The notes: generated from the sequence alone by a model not told the origin. A stretch of 61,672 nt of DNA, filler included, from Basidiobolus ranarum (GCA_040143965.1; 15 parts of 15 records of this genome joined end to end with filler, not necessarily neighbours in it), one strand, 5' to 3'; shown: positions 23,597 to 36,753, counted from the first letter of the whole stretch. Made by a program: numbers and translations.

Positions 23597-23679
23597 GGTA
23601 ACATGGCCGAGTTGGTCTAAGGCGCCGCACTCAAGTTGCGGTCTCGTAAGAGGCGTGAGTTCGAATCTCACTGTTATCA
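23597..23679 (+). tRNA. tRNA-Leu(CAA), intronless
   Basis: GGTAACATGGCCGAGTTGGTCTAAGGCGCCGCACTCAAGTTGCGGTCTCGTAAGAGGCGTGAGTTCGAATCTCACTGTTATCA followed by T5; long variable arm. Confidence 0.96.
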
Positions 23680-24624
23680 GTATTTTTAATGAGGAATGCA
23701 TCGATTTTCCAGATGATTCTGGTATATGCATAACTCTATTCTTTCCAACAATACAGCTCTTTTTATTTTAAAGTAGACCATCATAGGATACGATTACTAT
23801 AGATTTTTGTAGTAGATCGACTTTAGAACGTAGAAACTTCCGATACAGAGTCCATACTTTTAAACCAAATCCTTATATTTCACCTGCGAGCATTTGGCTC
23901 AGGTGCTTCGTAGTCCGACTACAGAGAAAGGCTAATTCTCTGTCAAATGAAACCCGGAGTTCGAGTCGGTCAACATGGAATTTAAGTAATGCCCATCTTA
24001 TCGTCGCTTTGGGAATCATAGGAGGGTAGATTCAAATTTTCCATAAAAATCCACCAAATTTTGATGCGCATTTGGAGTAATGATCTCAATCCTTGCTTCA
24101 CTGGCCCTAATCCGTTCCAATCCAGAGGAAAAGTCTTTTGAGTGATGCCTTTTTTATAAGCGTAAATGGGATATCAACAGCGATTTAGCAATAGGCTAAC
24201 TTTGAATTTGAATACGGTTTGATCAAGGGATATTTGATGGGACTTTCTTTAGTCATCTTCTATAAATAATGGATAATATGCAAGTCCTGAGCGTATAGAT
24301 ACATGTAATCTAAGTTAGGCCTAAATAAACCATTTTGATCATATTGATGATTATCTATTTATGCTATGTTCGTAGGTAATTACCGATCCCTCGATTTTCT
24401 TCCTTCAAATTTGAATATCAAACAACGTGACTCTATTCTTCATCGTACCAAATACCTACCTACTGAAATTTTGTGCTATGTCATGCGTTCGGATATTTCT
24501 CCGCGCACTAGCCATGGATTTGTATAAAAGCTGAGAGGCAGCTGAAAATAGAAAGCAGGCATTTCATTGTCATCAAACTCCCTTCCTTCCACCTTCAGAA
24601 GTAACACAAGCAAGCGCTTCCATC

Positions 24625-24649
24625 ATGAGATACTGTTTGATTATCGCAC
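24625..24649 (+). CDS. Start of a gene cut by the contig end (MRYCLIIA..., signal-peptide-like)
   Basis: TATAAAAG at about 24522 and CATCATG start context; only 8 codons are visible. Confidence 0.35.
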
Positions 24650-24809
24650 NNNNNNNNNNNNNNNNNNNNNNNNNNNNNNNNNNNNNNNNNNNNTTAATTA
24701 ATTAANNNNNNNNNNNNNNNNNNNNNNNNNNNNNNNNNNNNNNNNNNNNTGCCTGGGTTTGTTAATGAAATCCTTTTTAACGTACTAACCATTGTTTCTT
24801 TCTCAAAAG

Positions 24810-25408
24810 GAACCGACCACATAATCACCATGGACTTACACGATCCCCAATTCCAAGGATATTTTGATATCCCAGTCGATATGATTAGCGCCGAGTCTTC
24901 CATCCTTGACTACATTAAATCTCAGATACCCAACTATCGTGATGCTGTTATTGTCTCTCCGGATGCTGGTGGCGCCAAGAGAGCTACTTCAGTTGCTAAC
25001 CAACTTAATCTCGATCTAGCTCTCATTCACAAGGAAGGAAAGACTAACGAGATATCTCGAATGTCCTTAGTTGGCGATGTTCAAGGAAAGCCAGTTATAA
25101 TCATCGATGATATTGCTGATACATGTGGAACTCTCGGCCTTGCCACGGAGCTGCTCCACCAAAGAGGTGCTACGGAAATTTATGCAGTGGTTGCCCACGG
25201 TATCCTCTCTGGAAAAGCCATCGAGATCATTAACAAGTCTCCAATGAGTCAAGTGGTCGTCACTAATACTGTTCCTCACGAAGAGAAAAAAGCTGGATGT
25301 AGCAAACTTCGTACCATCGATGTATCTGGACCATTCGCAGAAGCCATCCGAAGAATCCACAACGGTGAAACGCTAGCACCCCTTTTCAAAAAGAAACCAT
25401 ATGTCTAA
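24810..25408 (+). CDS. Ribose-phosphate pyrophosphokinase (PRPP synthetase), last exon
   Basis: Branch site TACTAAC at 24783 and acceptor AG at 24809. Motifs ITMDLHDPQFQGYFDIPVD, VSPDAGGAKRA and IIDDIADTCGTL (PRPP-binding loop). Confidence 0.95.
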
Positions 25409-25960
25409 TGTACAGTGAGGAAATTGTTATAAAACACCACAGCACTAAAGATTGTTTACCACATCGACAGTTCAACCTTCATGAAAACATTCCTCACTAT
25501 TTTTGCAAATAAGAACCAAATTCAACCCTCTATATTGATAAGTTCATGGACGTAGGCGCACATTCATATGGTTATTTTATTCTATATCACTTTGACCCAA
25601 ATAAATCCACCATCTCGGTGTTTTCATGGAAGAGTAACATACAATGAGTTTTAATGGATCATACAGATCAACATATCATTACTTGTACAGAATTGAATCA
25701 ACATGAATACTTCGGGAGTATGTATTGATGCAAAGAACAGGGGTAAACGAATGAAGGGAATCGATGGTATTATGAAGAGCAAATTGCAAGCCGTGTATTA
25801 CTAATTACCGAATCTACATTCAAGAAAAGGAGTCTGGGACATGAAACAATTGAAGCATAAAGACAACATGCAAGGTACCAAATGGTGAAATGTACATAGG
25901 CTTCGAATTTTAAGGTTAACAGTTAGTATTAAATATATGTACAGAATTAGACTCCAAACT

Positions 25961-26200
25961 CTAAATCTCCTCGGAGTTGATCTCTGACTCCAGGTAGTTA
26001 CGGGCCTCCATCTCTTGTTTAGCATAGTAGTAAACGTACTCAAAATCAAGATTTGGCAGACTTTCCAGATTCAAGGCCGATTGGGGATCAAGGTTATATG
26101 TCCCGGGGTTGACTAAAAGATCAGGGTTCCCAATCGGAGCAGACCGAGAACGCACAATGGAGAGTGACAAAAGAGCGAGGGTTTGAATGACATTACGCAT
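25961..26200 (-). CDS. Small putative secreted protein (79 aa)
   Basis: MRNVIQTLALLSLSIVRSRSAP signal-like N-terminus and TATAAAAG about 45 nt upstream on the minus strand. Confidence 0.55.
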   Translation of the reverse strand: MRNVIQTLALLSLSIVRSRSAPIGNPDLLVNPGTYNLDPQSALNLESLPNLDFEYVYYYAKQEMEARNYLESEINSEEI

Positions 26201-28189
26201 TGTACAAGAGTATTGGGTAAGGGACTATCCACGACAGCCAGTCCTTTTATATGAACCATTAACTGCATTCATTTTGGCGTCTATGATTTATTGATGAGCG
26301 ACTTTTAGAGACATGGCCATTTCACGGATTACGCCCAAAGTTTCACCACAGACATACGAGGTGGGCGGTCATCAGAATTGCAACCCTGACTCTCAATCAA
26401 TAGGAATATCCACCCATTTCTACAAAACACCGGATTACGAAGAAAATGTTGTATCTTGATTGGTTTATAAATATGGACTATTCGATAAATAGCCCTAATG
26501 AAGCTACCAATGACAATTAACTCACGATGAGATTGCGTGCGACAATGCCAATGTAATATCTACGCCTTTCTAGTTCAAACCTGGCTGGCGTAATAGCGGA
26601 TTTAGAACTATGCAAACAGATCGATAGTAGAAAAACCTGATGCTATAGGCCAACACAAGGCTTCCGATTTCCAAGGTAATTCAACCCTCCATATACCCCA
26701 CCCACTAACCCAAGTAGGCGCTCATAGTTACCACACTTAACAGCTGGATCAATCACTTTGACAGCCCTATTCAACAATCCATTGCGGTACTTTGACAAGA
26801 TTAGCCGACGTGGCTAAAATAGTTTGCCATCGGATAGATGTTCGTCATTGATAAGTAGAGGCTATTTTTAAACGGGGGCTGTGCCACTTGAGATATCGTG
26901 ATTTTGAGTGTCCGATGTGATGTGCACATGTGCTCATCAAGTCCCTTTGGAGTCGACGCTGGTGGTAATTTGACACAATGATGATCTAGCGTTAGCTATG
27001 CATGGATCGGCGTAAGTGTTGCAGGAGTTGTTTTGTCAAGGATAGATCAAGTCGACCCTGGAGTAGTGATTTTGAAGGGCGTATGTAAAAATAGCCTAAT
27101 TCTGCAGCAACAAGAGTAGTAGCAGCTCAGAGTCCAACCATCGAACATTCATCTCTTGATTGTTCAGTTTCTCCAGTCACAACTCTATTTGCTTGATACC
27201 AACGCTTTTTTTCCACCATCGTACTACGACACTGACGTATAGCAAGACCACTGCATTTTTCATGGTCTGTAAATGGCTGCGAGACGCATGCTTTGAGATG
27301 ATCAGAATGGTTTCAATAAAGGGTTGGCTTCCAAATTAGTACTTACACTACTAGAATTCCCACTTTTATGCTCAAGTCACACCGGATTGGTGTCTGCTTT
27401 TGTATGGAATAAAACAATTTGTTTGAATACTCAGGATGGGGTACACACTTAATTATGGAAATGATATCATGCAGAGATTTGCACTGGATATTTTACCGCA
27501 TCGAAACAAGTCATTTACATTTGGATTCAGGTTGCAGCAATGTAACAGTAGAAATTTACTTGGATGATATTCAAAATGCTTGGAAACATATTGGAAGAAC
27601 CTATGCTATAACCATATGAGACTAATTGACATTTGCAATAATTGAAAGAGATGCAAGTTGTGCATTTATTACTCAAGTCAACGGAACCATTGAAGTCAGC
27701 CAGGCCTATTGCCACAGTCGTTATGCACCCTATTCGTAAATCGCAATCACTAGCTTACGAAATAATCACAAAATCTCAAGCATAAGATTAGAAGATAGTA
27801 TTTATAGATACTCCAATTATAGTTCGCAAAGTATTGAAAATGGTCGAATTGTATCTTGCACGAATATTTTGAATATAGTAACATACAGCGTTAATCTTTT
27901 TTATTTACAAGATATTAGCACTCCCTTTTCTAATACTGACAATCAACGTATATAGCACGAATATCAATAAGCTGCGATAGACTTCTAATTTACATACACC
28001 ACCTCCTAAATCTATACTAGTACTGCTAAACATTACTGCTACTTTTGTGAGTTCTTTAGGGGCACAATTTGTAACGGTACCTATATCTATTTGAAGCTCA
28101 AGATGCCTATGCAGCCTATGGCCGTTGTGCATTGGAGTTGAATGCAACTCAAGAATCTCATTTAGTTGTTCCATATTTCACTGAGATAT

Positions 28190-28769
28190 CACTAACCAAT
28201 CTTAGACCTCCTTTAGGATTAGTTTATATAACTATATAGTTGAGGGAGAGTTTCGAAATTAGCATTGCCTAAACACCTATATAATCATATATAGCTTAGT
28301 ATTTAGTTATCCTATATTGAACTAAGATATTACCCTTATTCTCAATCGGAATTTAGAAGTTCTCAGATATATAGACTTTTCAAACTTGTGCTAGAAGCCC
28401 CAAACTTTGCACATATGTTTCTGGGATCTTCTTTAATACATTCTACACATTAGTATTTTTACCAACTTAGAGGTTTCTCACATATATCAATTTATCAAGC
28501 TGTTGTAGAGGCCCCAAACTCTACATACATGTTCACAGGACCTTCTTTAATCTACTCTACACATTTGCTTGGTTACTATTTGACCAAACCATTAATGTAA
28601 GCCTTCCATTCATTAAATAAATAACTAAAACTGCAAATTCTTGTAGCTCTCCAAACTGTTGAAGTATTTTGGGATCCTGTTAGTGTTAAAATTAGCATTG
28701 CCTAGACACCTATATAGTCATATATAGCTTAGTACTTAGTTATCTTATAATTCACTAAGATATTATCAA
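28190..28769 (+). mobile_element. Copia 3' end: PPT plus LTR family A (with internal duplication) and the start of a second LTR-A
   Basis: TTAGGATTAGTTT...AGTTGAGGGAGAG (PPT), then an LTR from 28251 and a second LTR start TGTTAAAATTAGCATTGCC at 28684. Confidence 0.8.
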
Positions 28770-28869
28770 NNNNNNNNNNNNNNNNNNNNNNNNNNNNNNN
28801 NNNNNNNNNNNNNTTAATTAATTAANNNNNNNNNNNNNNNNNNNNNNNNNNNNNNNNNNNNNNNNNNNN

Positions 28870-29960
28870 ATTTTATTGTTGATTGCTGTTTGAAAATCGC
28901 TTGCCGACAAGTAACTAATTAATGGATTAATTTGGTTTTTTAACTTACCACATATACATGATTTTCATCGAAATCATCATCACTCTTGCCACAAAATAGT
29001 ATGCGTTGCCTGAAAATTTAAGCAATACAACTAATATTATTGAATACAGTAGAATACACTGAATATTATATGTAAGTGTGCTAAAACTGTGGTTGACCTT
29101 TACTACTTTTACAAAATTTACGGAACCAAATTTAATACATATCAACTTTCAGTATTTTCAATTTTCTGACTACATACTTGTGGTAACTGACATCATTAAC
29201 TGAGCAATCTCATGTGGTTCATTTGTAGTACAACAATGGGTTTCTATTACTGCATTGATAATTTCGAGCAAACAACGTTATGTCAATCAAATAGTTGTAC
29301 CAATCCAATATTTATCAGCGCATTCATCATTATACAATTGATGAATTCATTTAGTAACAAGCCCTTGAACTCTGGGCTTTTGAGCATCATTATTATGTAT
29401 CTCATGCAGCATTTACAAAGTTTTTTTGAAAGTTATGGTTAAGAAAACTTGTTGACTGCTTAATAACTCTCCATTGATCACCATTGTATGAAGTTGTCTA
29501 GTTTGTACTGAACTGAATCTATATAATCAGTACTCTGAAGTTCTTGCAAAAAAGCAGAGTATTGTGACTGCATAATTAGTGAAGATATGATATTGCTGGT
29601 GTAAGACATGTTGTTTTGTGGCCCCAGAAATAGCAATCATTTGTTATAAGTCTAGTTGTGAAAAGATTGGCAATCGGTCACATCAAGTATAGGAGATGCC
29701 CAAGTATAGCATAGTACCAACTGTAATAAAAAGTATGACATGCATAAAAAGTCATGAATAGTACCAACATTTTCTGGTGACCAGATGTTTAATCTAAAAT
29801 GGATACCTAGCTGGTTACTCAATAATGTCATGTCATGTGAATGCAATGGATCAGTGATAATTGATTTGAAAAATCTATACTGCTCACCATTGCTAGATAG
29901 CCTCATAAAAGCCAGCCCAGTATTAATGACTGGCTATTCTGTCAAAGGTAACAAGCAGCT
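28870..29960 (-). mobile_element. Heavily decayed DNA-transposon-like sequence (possibly hAT)
   Basis: CpG-poor, with broken reading frames. IHFRLNIWS loosely resembles the hAT first catalytic Asp region. Confidence 0.3.
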
Positions 29961-30990
29961 TGGTCTGCACCTCTTCTAAGCGACTATCAAACAATTCTCG
30001 AACCATCCCAGAATATTTATCAATGAATTCCGTCATTTGGGTCGTATTACTACAGACCTCTCTCTTCGTCAAACTAGCATCAATTTGAGGCCAAAGGGCA
30101 GCTTTCATATGAGCAGTACCGTGCTCTCCGTGACCGAAAGAGCTACGGAGTGAACTATCAGTACAACTCGCTAAATTGAGCATTGGAACCTCTGTCTTCT
30201 TGGGTACGAATCAGTACTGGAATAATTGTGGCGTCAAGGAGCCTAATATCAATGTTATATTCCTGAATATGCCGTTGCCAAACAGCATCCATTACCCTCA
30301 CAGAGTGATACCGATTGAATAAAAAAAAGTAAATGACCACCATTACAAAGCTCAATAGAGCGAATTTTCAAGAAAGTAACCAGTTGATGGTGACCTTCTT
30401 CTTGAATCTGATGCATTTCATCAGTGGTAATTTCGGAAGAGTGAAGTGTTAGCGGACGATAAAGAGGTGTGTGATATTTTGAAGCCAATGAACACAGTTA
30501 AATACCACACCAAGATCAATGTAATGACTGGGAAGGCACTGGTTGTAGAAAGATTCTGCACTTACCATGACAATATGGAGTTATCCTGATTGTCGTGGAG
30601 GAGTGAATGATGCTGGTAGGTTAAATCAGAGTCATACGGGTATCTATAGCTAATCACTTCTCCTAAGTCATTGAAAGGAAGATCATTATGGTAGACCAGT
30701 ACAGATAGGGGATCCTTAGTAATTTCTGGATGGAATCTAGGGTAGCATTAATGACAGTCATTGAGTTTCTCCCATGACTACACCCATAATCACCAATGGT
30801 AAAAGTGGACCTGATCTTTGGTACCTGGTATCGCACTATAGTGACAATCGAGTAAGATAAGATTTTGTTAATTCATTTGGTTATGGAACGAATATGTACC
30901 TAAGTTGTCCAATGTTTCAATCCCAAATTGATTCATTTGGGCCTGAACATCGGAATTGGAATTATAATTTTGCATTGGTTGAGCGCCCAT
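29960..30990 (-). pseudogene. SABATH-family SAM-dependent carboxyl methyltransferase (Methyltransf_7) pseudogene
   Basis: Exon 1 (30990-30900) MGAQPMQNYNSNSDVQ, then intron 30899-30836. Across frameshifts it continues FTIGDYGCSHGRNS, VYHNDLPFND, ESFYNQCLPSHYIDLG..FNCVHWL, FLKIRSIELCNGGHL and IPVLIRTQED, which are the SABATH motifs in the expected order. Confidence 0.88.
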
Positions 30991-32467
30991 TGAGTGTTAG
31001 GATTTTCATTGTATATATATCACGAAAACATAAGTGCTCCGATTCCATACATACTCCATACAATGAGAATATCAACTGTCTGATCTCTACTCAGCGTGCA
31101 CCGTACCCTGCTACCTGGATTATATCTCTGTGTATTTAAACTACCTCCTTCCGAGATGGAACATGTTGAATTGTCGTTTTGGCTCATGACACTTGAGTAC
31201 CAAGTTATTCAGGTTTTCTATATTTATAGACACTTCCTGCTCTTAGGGACTGTATATGGTTTCAGTGGTTTTGGAAATAGTTCTATGCATTCCGTAGCTG
31301 GTGAGAGCATGAAAGATGAAACTGTTTCGTTCGAACAGAAACTCTACGTCCTTTAGAGGAACCGTTTGTGCTATATAGTGTGAGTTACTTTTTATTGTAA
31401 ACAAAGCAAATAATTTACTCGACTCCTCTTGAACAACGTCTATTTATAAAATCAAGCAAGAACGTCACTACTACTTATGTCATCTTGTCCAATAAGCCAC
31501 TGATACAATAAATGCTTTTCAGATAGAACAATATATGCGATACCACTCTAATGATATATGCTAAATTACTCAAATAACATATATATATTCTATTGATGCA
31601 CTGATTTTATTAATCAAGATAATCATGTGACTTATATATTATCGAGTGTTGGGAGTCATGTTAACTCACACCTCACCATACTTACATCTTATCGGTTGAT
31701 AGCTTAGATAGGGCAGTTACGAATTATATTTCTAGTAAAAGAACTGCTTGATCTTGTACTATTCATGAATATGGCGTAGTAGCATAGGTATAAATTAACA
31801 TATAAGACCTATTCAAATGGGGCAGCATTCGACTATCCGGACACTTACTAATACTTCATTATACTCAATGAACTCGATGGCATCCATGGGATGTTAGAGT
31901 AAGACTTTGTAAATCATCGATATTTCTTAGGGGATAACCCTTGCCCTATTATCCTTACCCTAACCCTCTATTCCTTATCGCCAAAGTTGTATGGTTTTGA
32001 AAAGGACCAATCACATTCTAGTTGTGTTGTTTTCAAATATAACCAACCACGTTCTAGTTGTATCTAAAAGTCCTTAACGGTCCCTGGCCGTTCCTGACCA
32101 AATGCAGTCATTTAATATTAACCATTTCGGCTATAACAATCTAGATCCTAACACAACGTATGGGGTAAGAGAATAATTCTCCTGGATTCGAGCGTAGTGT
32201 CATGTGACTAGTGCCCAATCTATCCAAGTAGAAATCATGAGTGAGAATTTCTGCTTAATCTCTACGAGCAGTTTCAATAAAAGCAAGTATTGCATTTTAA
32301 AACCGGGAAGTTTTAATCAAGATTTTGTTTCAAAAAAATACGTCTATATTTTGATATATTATACAAATCTATATGAGATACGAAGCTCAATGTATGAAAA
32401 AGAGAAAATGTGAATAGATTGATTAATCTACGCACTAGGATCTGTTGATTAACTAGCCAGTAGTCCA

Positions 32468-32888
32468 TTAATTACCAACAACTTGCTTTTCAACATCAGA
32501 AGTTGGGCAAGGTGCAGGCACAGACTGAAGACAAGGTGCGTTAAACACAGCACCGGAGTATATTCCACGCAGGGTATGAATAGCTACAGTGAACCAATTG
32601 AGAACCAACCAACAGACAAAGAATGATGTCAACCCATGGAAGAATCGAGAGTGGGTAGCAATAGCGATGTTGAGAGTACCAGCTGTAAACACACCGAGGG
32701 GGAAAGTAAGTCCCCACCATCCCATATTATAGGAAAGTGTCTGCCGTCTGACCACCATCGAAGTCACAGCAAAGATTAGATACCATAGGCCATATGCCCA
32801 TAAGAAGAATGCTATAATCACACAGCATGTAAAAGCACTGTCTCCGAACCCAGGCGCCCACTTATCACCAACAACCTTCTGAGCAGCC
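32468..32888 (-). CDS. SLAC1/TDT family transporter (Ssu1/Mae1-like), C-terminal part
   Basis: FLWAYGLWYL...YNMGWWGLTFPLGVF signature; frame open to the contig end. Confidence 0.9.
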
Positions 32889-32988
32889 NNNNNNNNNNNN
32901 NNNNNNNNNNNNNNNNNNNNNNNNNNNNNNNNTTAATTAATTAANNNNNNNNNNNNNNNNNNNNNNNNNNNNNNNNNNNNNNNNNNNN

Positions 32989-35130
32989 ATCCATATAGGG
33001 CTTCAAATGGAGTAGAATTTTGAAGCAATCTTGTTGGGCTTCTGTATTTTATATTTTGCAGTAGAGACAGATTCAGCGGAATATTGATAATCTCACTTTA
33101 AATCATGTAACATTGATGATGCTATCTCCACTATGGTCAAATTAGCACATTCTGCAACTCCCATTTGCTGTCAAGAACAAGGTACAGTAGTGTGTTACTT
33201 AATTACATATTTAGAACAAAAACTAATAAAGTCTTTAGAGAGGCATTCTCCACCGTTATTACTCATTGGGACCCTTATTTTTTGTGCTGGTTGTTTCTCT
33301 ACCATTGCTTTGTAGGGCCTGAATGTAGTCAAGACTTCATATTTTGATTTGAGAAAGAATACCCAAGTATATCTTGTTTTGCATCAAAAATGGTGCTAAA
33401 GACCATTTCCAACCTAGTGAGATGTTTTCCATGGGCCCAAATAGATCAGAATGAATCAGGGCAAAAATCTGAGTAGATATTATCTCTCCAAAGCCTGAAA
33501 ACAGCTTGCTGTGATGTTTTCCAAATATGCAACCTTAACACATATACAATTTAGTGATATTTTCAATTGGTTAGCCTGAAACAAGCTGATTTTAGATTAT
33601 TTAGGTCAGCTTTTGTTCCTCAATTTGGCCTATACTTCTATGCCACATTTGACAGCTTATTTTACCGGTTTTGGCCAAGCTTGCATGCAACAAATCCAAT
33701 TTGTTGATTTCTAGCTTGTCTAAGTTTTGGGTTTTGATCCTAGTAGCTGATTTGATATCATTTTGATCTGTGATAGTGCATCCAGCCTTACTGAACACAA
33801 AATTTAGTCCTTGAGCTGTTGCCTGGCTTACAGAGAGTTGATTCTTGGCTACACTTGGTACATCAAGTACTTCTTCTAGTTTGGCAAATGTTGTAGCCGA
33901 TCTTTAGTCTAAATTGAGCACAAATGTGCCCTTACCAACTGCATCTAGTGCATAGTAATTATCTAAGTGGACTTTCTGTGTTTGGATTGGTCTTAAGTTA
34001 GAAAACCAGTCTTTGTGGTTTGACATATGCTGGGAAGCTCCTGAAGCAATGTAGCCTGTTTCTGTGTATTCTTTGGTGGTTACTGATAGGGCAGACATAC
34101 ATACAAAATCCTTATCAGTGCCTACTTCTTTTGCTTGTTCTGATTTTAGCTTTTGGCAAAAATCCTTTTTCTGCAATCTTCAATAATACGGCTTGGTTTC
34201 TTGCAATGCTTGCAGATGATTGATTTCCTGTTAGGGGCACTATTATAGAAGCCTGTTGGGCATTTTACAGCTCCAAAAAATGCCTGTTGTGCATTATTTT
34301 ACTAAGAATTAGATCTCCTTGTTTCTTCATTTCAAATCCTAGTACCAATATATTCCATTCTTAATGGCTCTGATCTTGATTCTAGGCAATTATGAGGTTC
34401 CCAAACTTGTTGGGCAGGCTCCCAAGTAGCATCATGACTAAGTCATCTTCATTTAGAGGTGCCTCAATGGATGAGAGATGATCAGCCATAGTTTTTCCCT
34501 AATTTATATGTTGAAGCATAGAATCAGCAGAACTCATCTGAATTGAGAATAATATTTGCCAAGATATAGCCTATTAGCCAGACTTTCAGTCACATATAGT
34601 CCCTCAAGTGTTTCCAAGGCATATTTGATGTTTTTGGCAGACTTTATGTGCCTCATTTGAGAATTTCTGACATGAAGACAAAGTGTAGAGAGTGCTTTCA
34701 TTGGCTTCTTGTGAAAGGCAATGATGGCATCTGGTGGTCCCTCTGGCTCTATTTCTTCTCCTGTAACAAATCCCCAAAGGCCCTTGTCTTCTAGCACCAT
34801 TTGCATCTTTAACTACCAGAGGTGAAAGTTATCACTATTAAAATGGTCTGTAGATGCAAAAATGTTGATGCTAGTACTAGTAGACTTTCCGTTACCAGCT
34901 AGCTTGGGGCTCACAAATAGATAAAGTGTTTAGGGGAGTTGGAGGTGTTTAGGACAAGATTTGGATTTGTGTATTGAACACTTAAGTTTTATTGAATTGA
35001 ATAAGTACTATTTGTAGTTTACTATGAGATAAGACTATTGGACATTCTTAGATCATACCAAACATGCCTGTTAAGCATGGGTCAAATTTGAAGTGATTTG
35101 GAGAAGGCTTGAGAACAAAGTGATTCAAAA
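32989..35130 (-). mobile_element. Ty1/Copia 5' part: LTR-B, PBS, gag, protease, integrase (degenerate)
   Basis: LTR-B at 34919-35130, PBS-like TGTGAGCCCCAAG, gag NFHLW..KMQMVLEDKGLWGFV, Zn knuckle, protease ASGASQHMS, WHRSIG, and integrase HSDLFGP. Confidence 0.9.
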
Positions 35131-35584
35131 TTTCAGATGTTTTGGAATTTTTCCACCATTAATTTCCAGGTAAAGCATATTGATATTGTTGAGTTATGTC
35201 TTCAAAGTCAAGTATGTAAGTATAGAGATTAAACACAACAAGTTTCTTGTATTTTTTGCCTCTCATTATGGCTGACATACAAAGCCTAAAATATCCAAAC
35301 AAAGGCCTGTATATCAATCAGAATTCCTATGGCAGTAATCCCAATAATTTTCCATGTAAAAATTAGATTTTTACAAAAATTACCAGGAATTATATGATGC
35401 ATGCCAAATATGGGGAGCAATAGTTTAACATGTATGAATACCATCAAAATATCGTTAACAAGCTGTTGTCTTACCATCAAAATACCTGGCAGAATGCAAG
35501 CCACCAATAATGTGACAGTCTCTGATGGACTTGCAATAAGGGTGGATCCAATCCAGATCAAATTGATTTCAACTTTTGTTTGGG
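35130..35584 (+). mobile_element. CACTA transposon 3' terminal segment
   Basis: Homologous to 6285-6738 and ends ...TTTTGTTTGGG. Confidence 0.7.
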
Positions 35585-36753
35585 AATTATAATGGAAAAT
35601 TAAGTTGAATGTAGTAATGAATTGTGTGTGAGCATAAGTGAATGCTGCAGAGTTGCTATCTAGGCTGTGACATGCAAGAATGCTACAATATTGCAAGTAA
35701 TATAGCATTCCAAAGCATCTAGGCATCAGTTAGATGGTCACTACACAACAAATACAAGACCTTCTAAAAAACATAAGAGCCATTGAGTGTGGCCCAACTG
35801 TCCTGCTTACCAACTTCTTCTTTCCACTGCAAAGACCTGCATTTCCTGAGTTGAATATGGAAGCTGGTATATTGTTGATTTGGCTCAATTTTACCATATA
35901 GCCAAGAATACCAATTTTAAGAGTTCAGAAGTTGGAAGTTTATCAAGCACCAGGTATCTCTCAACAAGCTATAATCCCAACAATGAAACTCACAGCTTTC
36001 AAACCTTGCCTTTTACTTTTCAAAGTGTTGATATTGACCACAAATTTAAAGGCAAATGAAAAAGCTATCTATGCACAACAAAGCAGTAATAATTACTTGT
36101 AACAAAGTTGAGGATAATGTATTGATGAAGCTAGGAATTTCAAAGGTGACAAACTAGCTTTCAAGTGTTGAAAGTGTAAAATTTGGGTTATGTCTATCAC
36201 ACATCTGTTGATCCATAGTTTTCTGATATTGAAGCCAGTTATGTTCAGCCATTTGGCAAAATTCATAGATATCACTCCCAATATTAAAAAAATTGATTAA
36301 AATCAAATCTGACTTGATGATTTTGTCATGGCAAGTAACTAACCAATCCCAAATGGATGAAATTGTGATGGAGTTCTTGTGATAACAATCCTGGAATTTT
36401 GATTAGGCATTAAAAATAGCCTTAACCACTATATCATTGAGTCTCAAACTGGGCCTATGCTTACACAGCTCAAGCAGCTGTGCCCCAGACTATAAAAGAG
36501 GCACTAAATATCCCTCACAAGAAAGTTAGGAGAAATACCATGGCTAATGTGCACTAAACTTTGATTGTTATACAAACTTTATTGTAATGAGCTCACCAGA
36601 TAAAGAAAATTGAATGGATACAAATTGGTGTTTAAAGGTTTACTACAGGTCTGCTGGCACAGCAGAATAGCACCCTACCACAAACTCTAGGATTGTTGTA
36701 GTATGAAAACCACAACAATTTAAATCCATTTTAGATTGACCATCTATTAACCA

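Noticed and set aside
23838-23945. U6 snRNA (CGATACAGAG and ACAGAGAA motifs)
   Set aside because: The ACAGAGAAGATTAGC continuation and the internal stem-loop are missing.
24625-25408. ATG at 24625 as the start of the PRPP synthetase, which would place that gene next to the tRNA island
   Set aside because: The two pieces are on different contigs joined by a linker, and MRYCLIIA looks more like a signal peptide.
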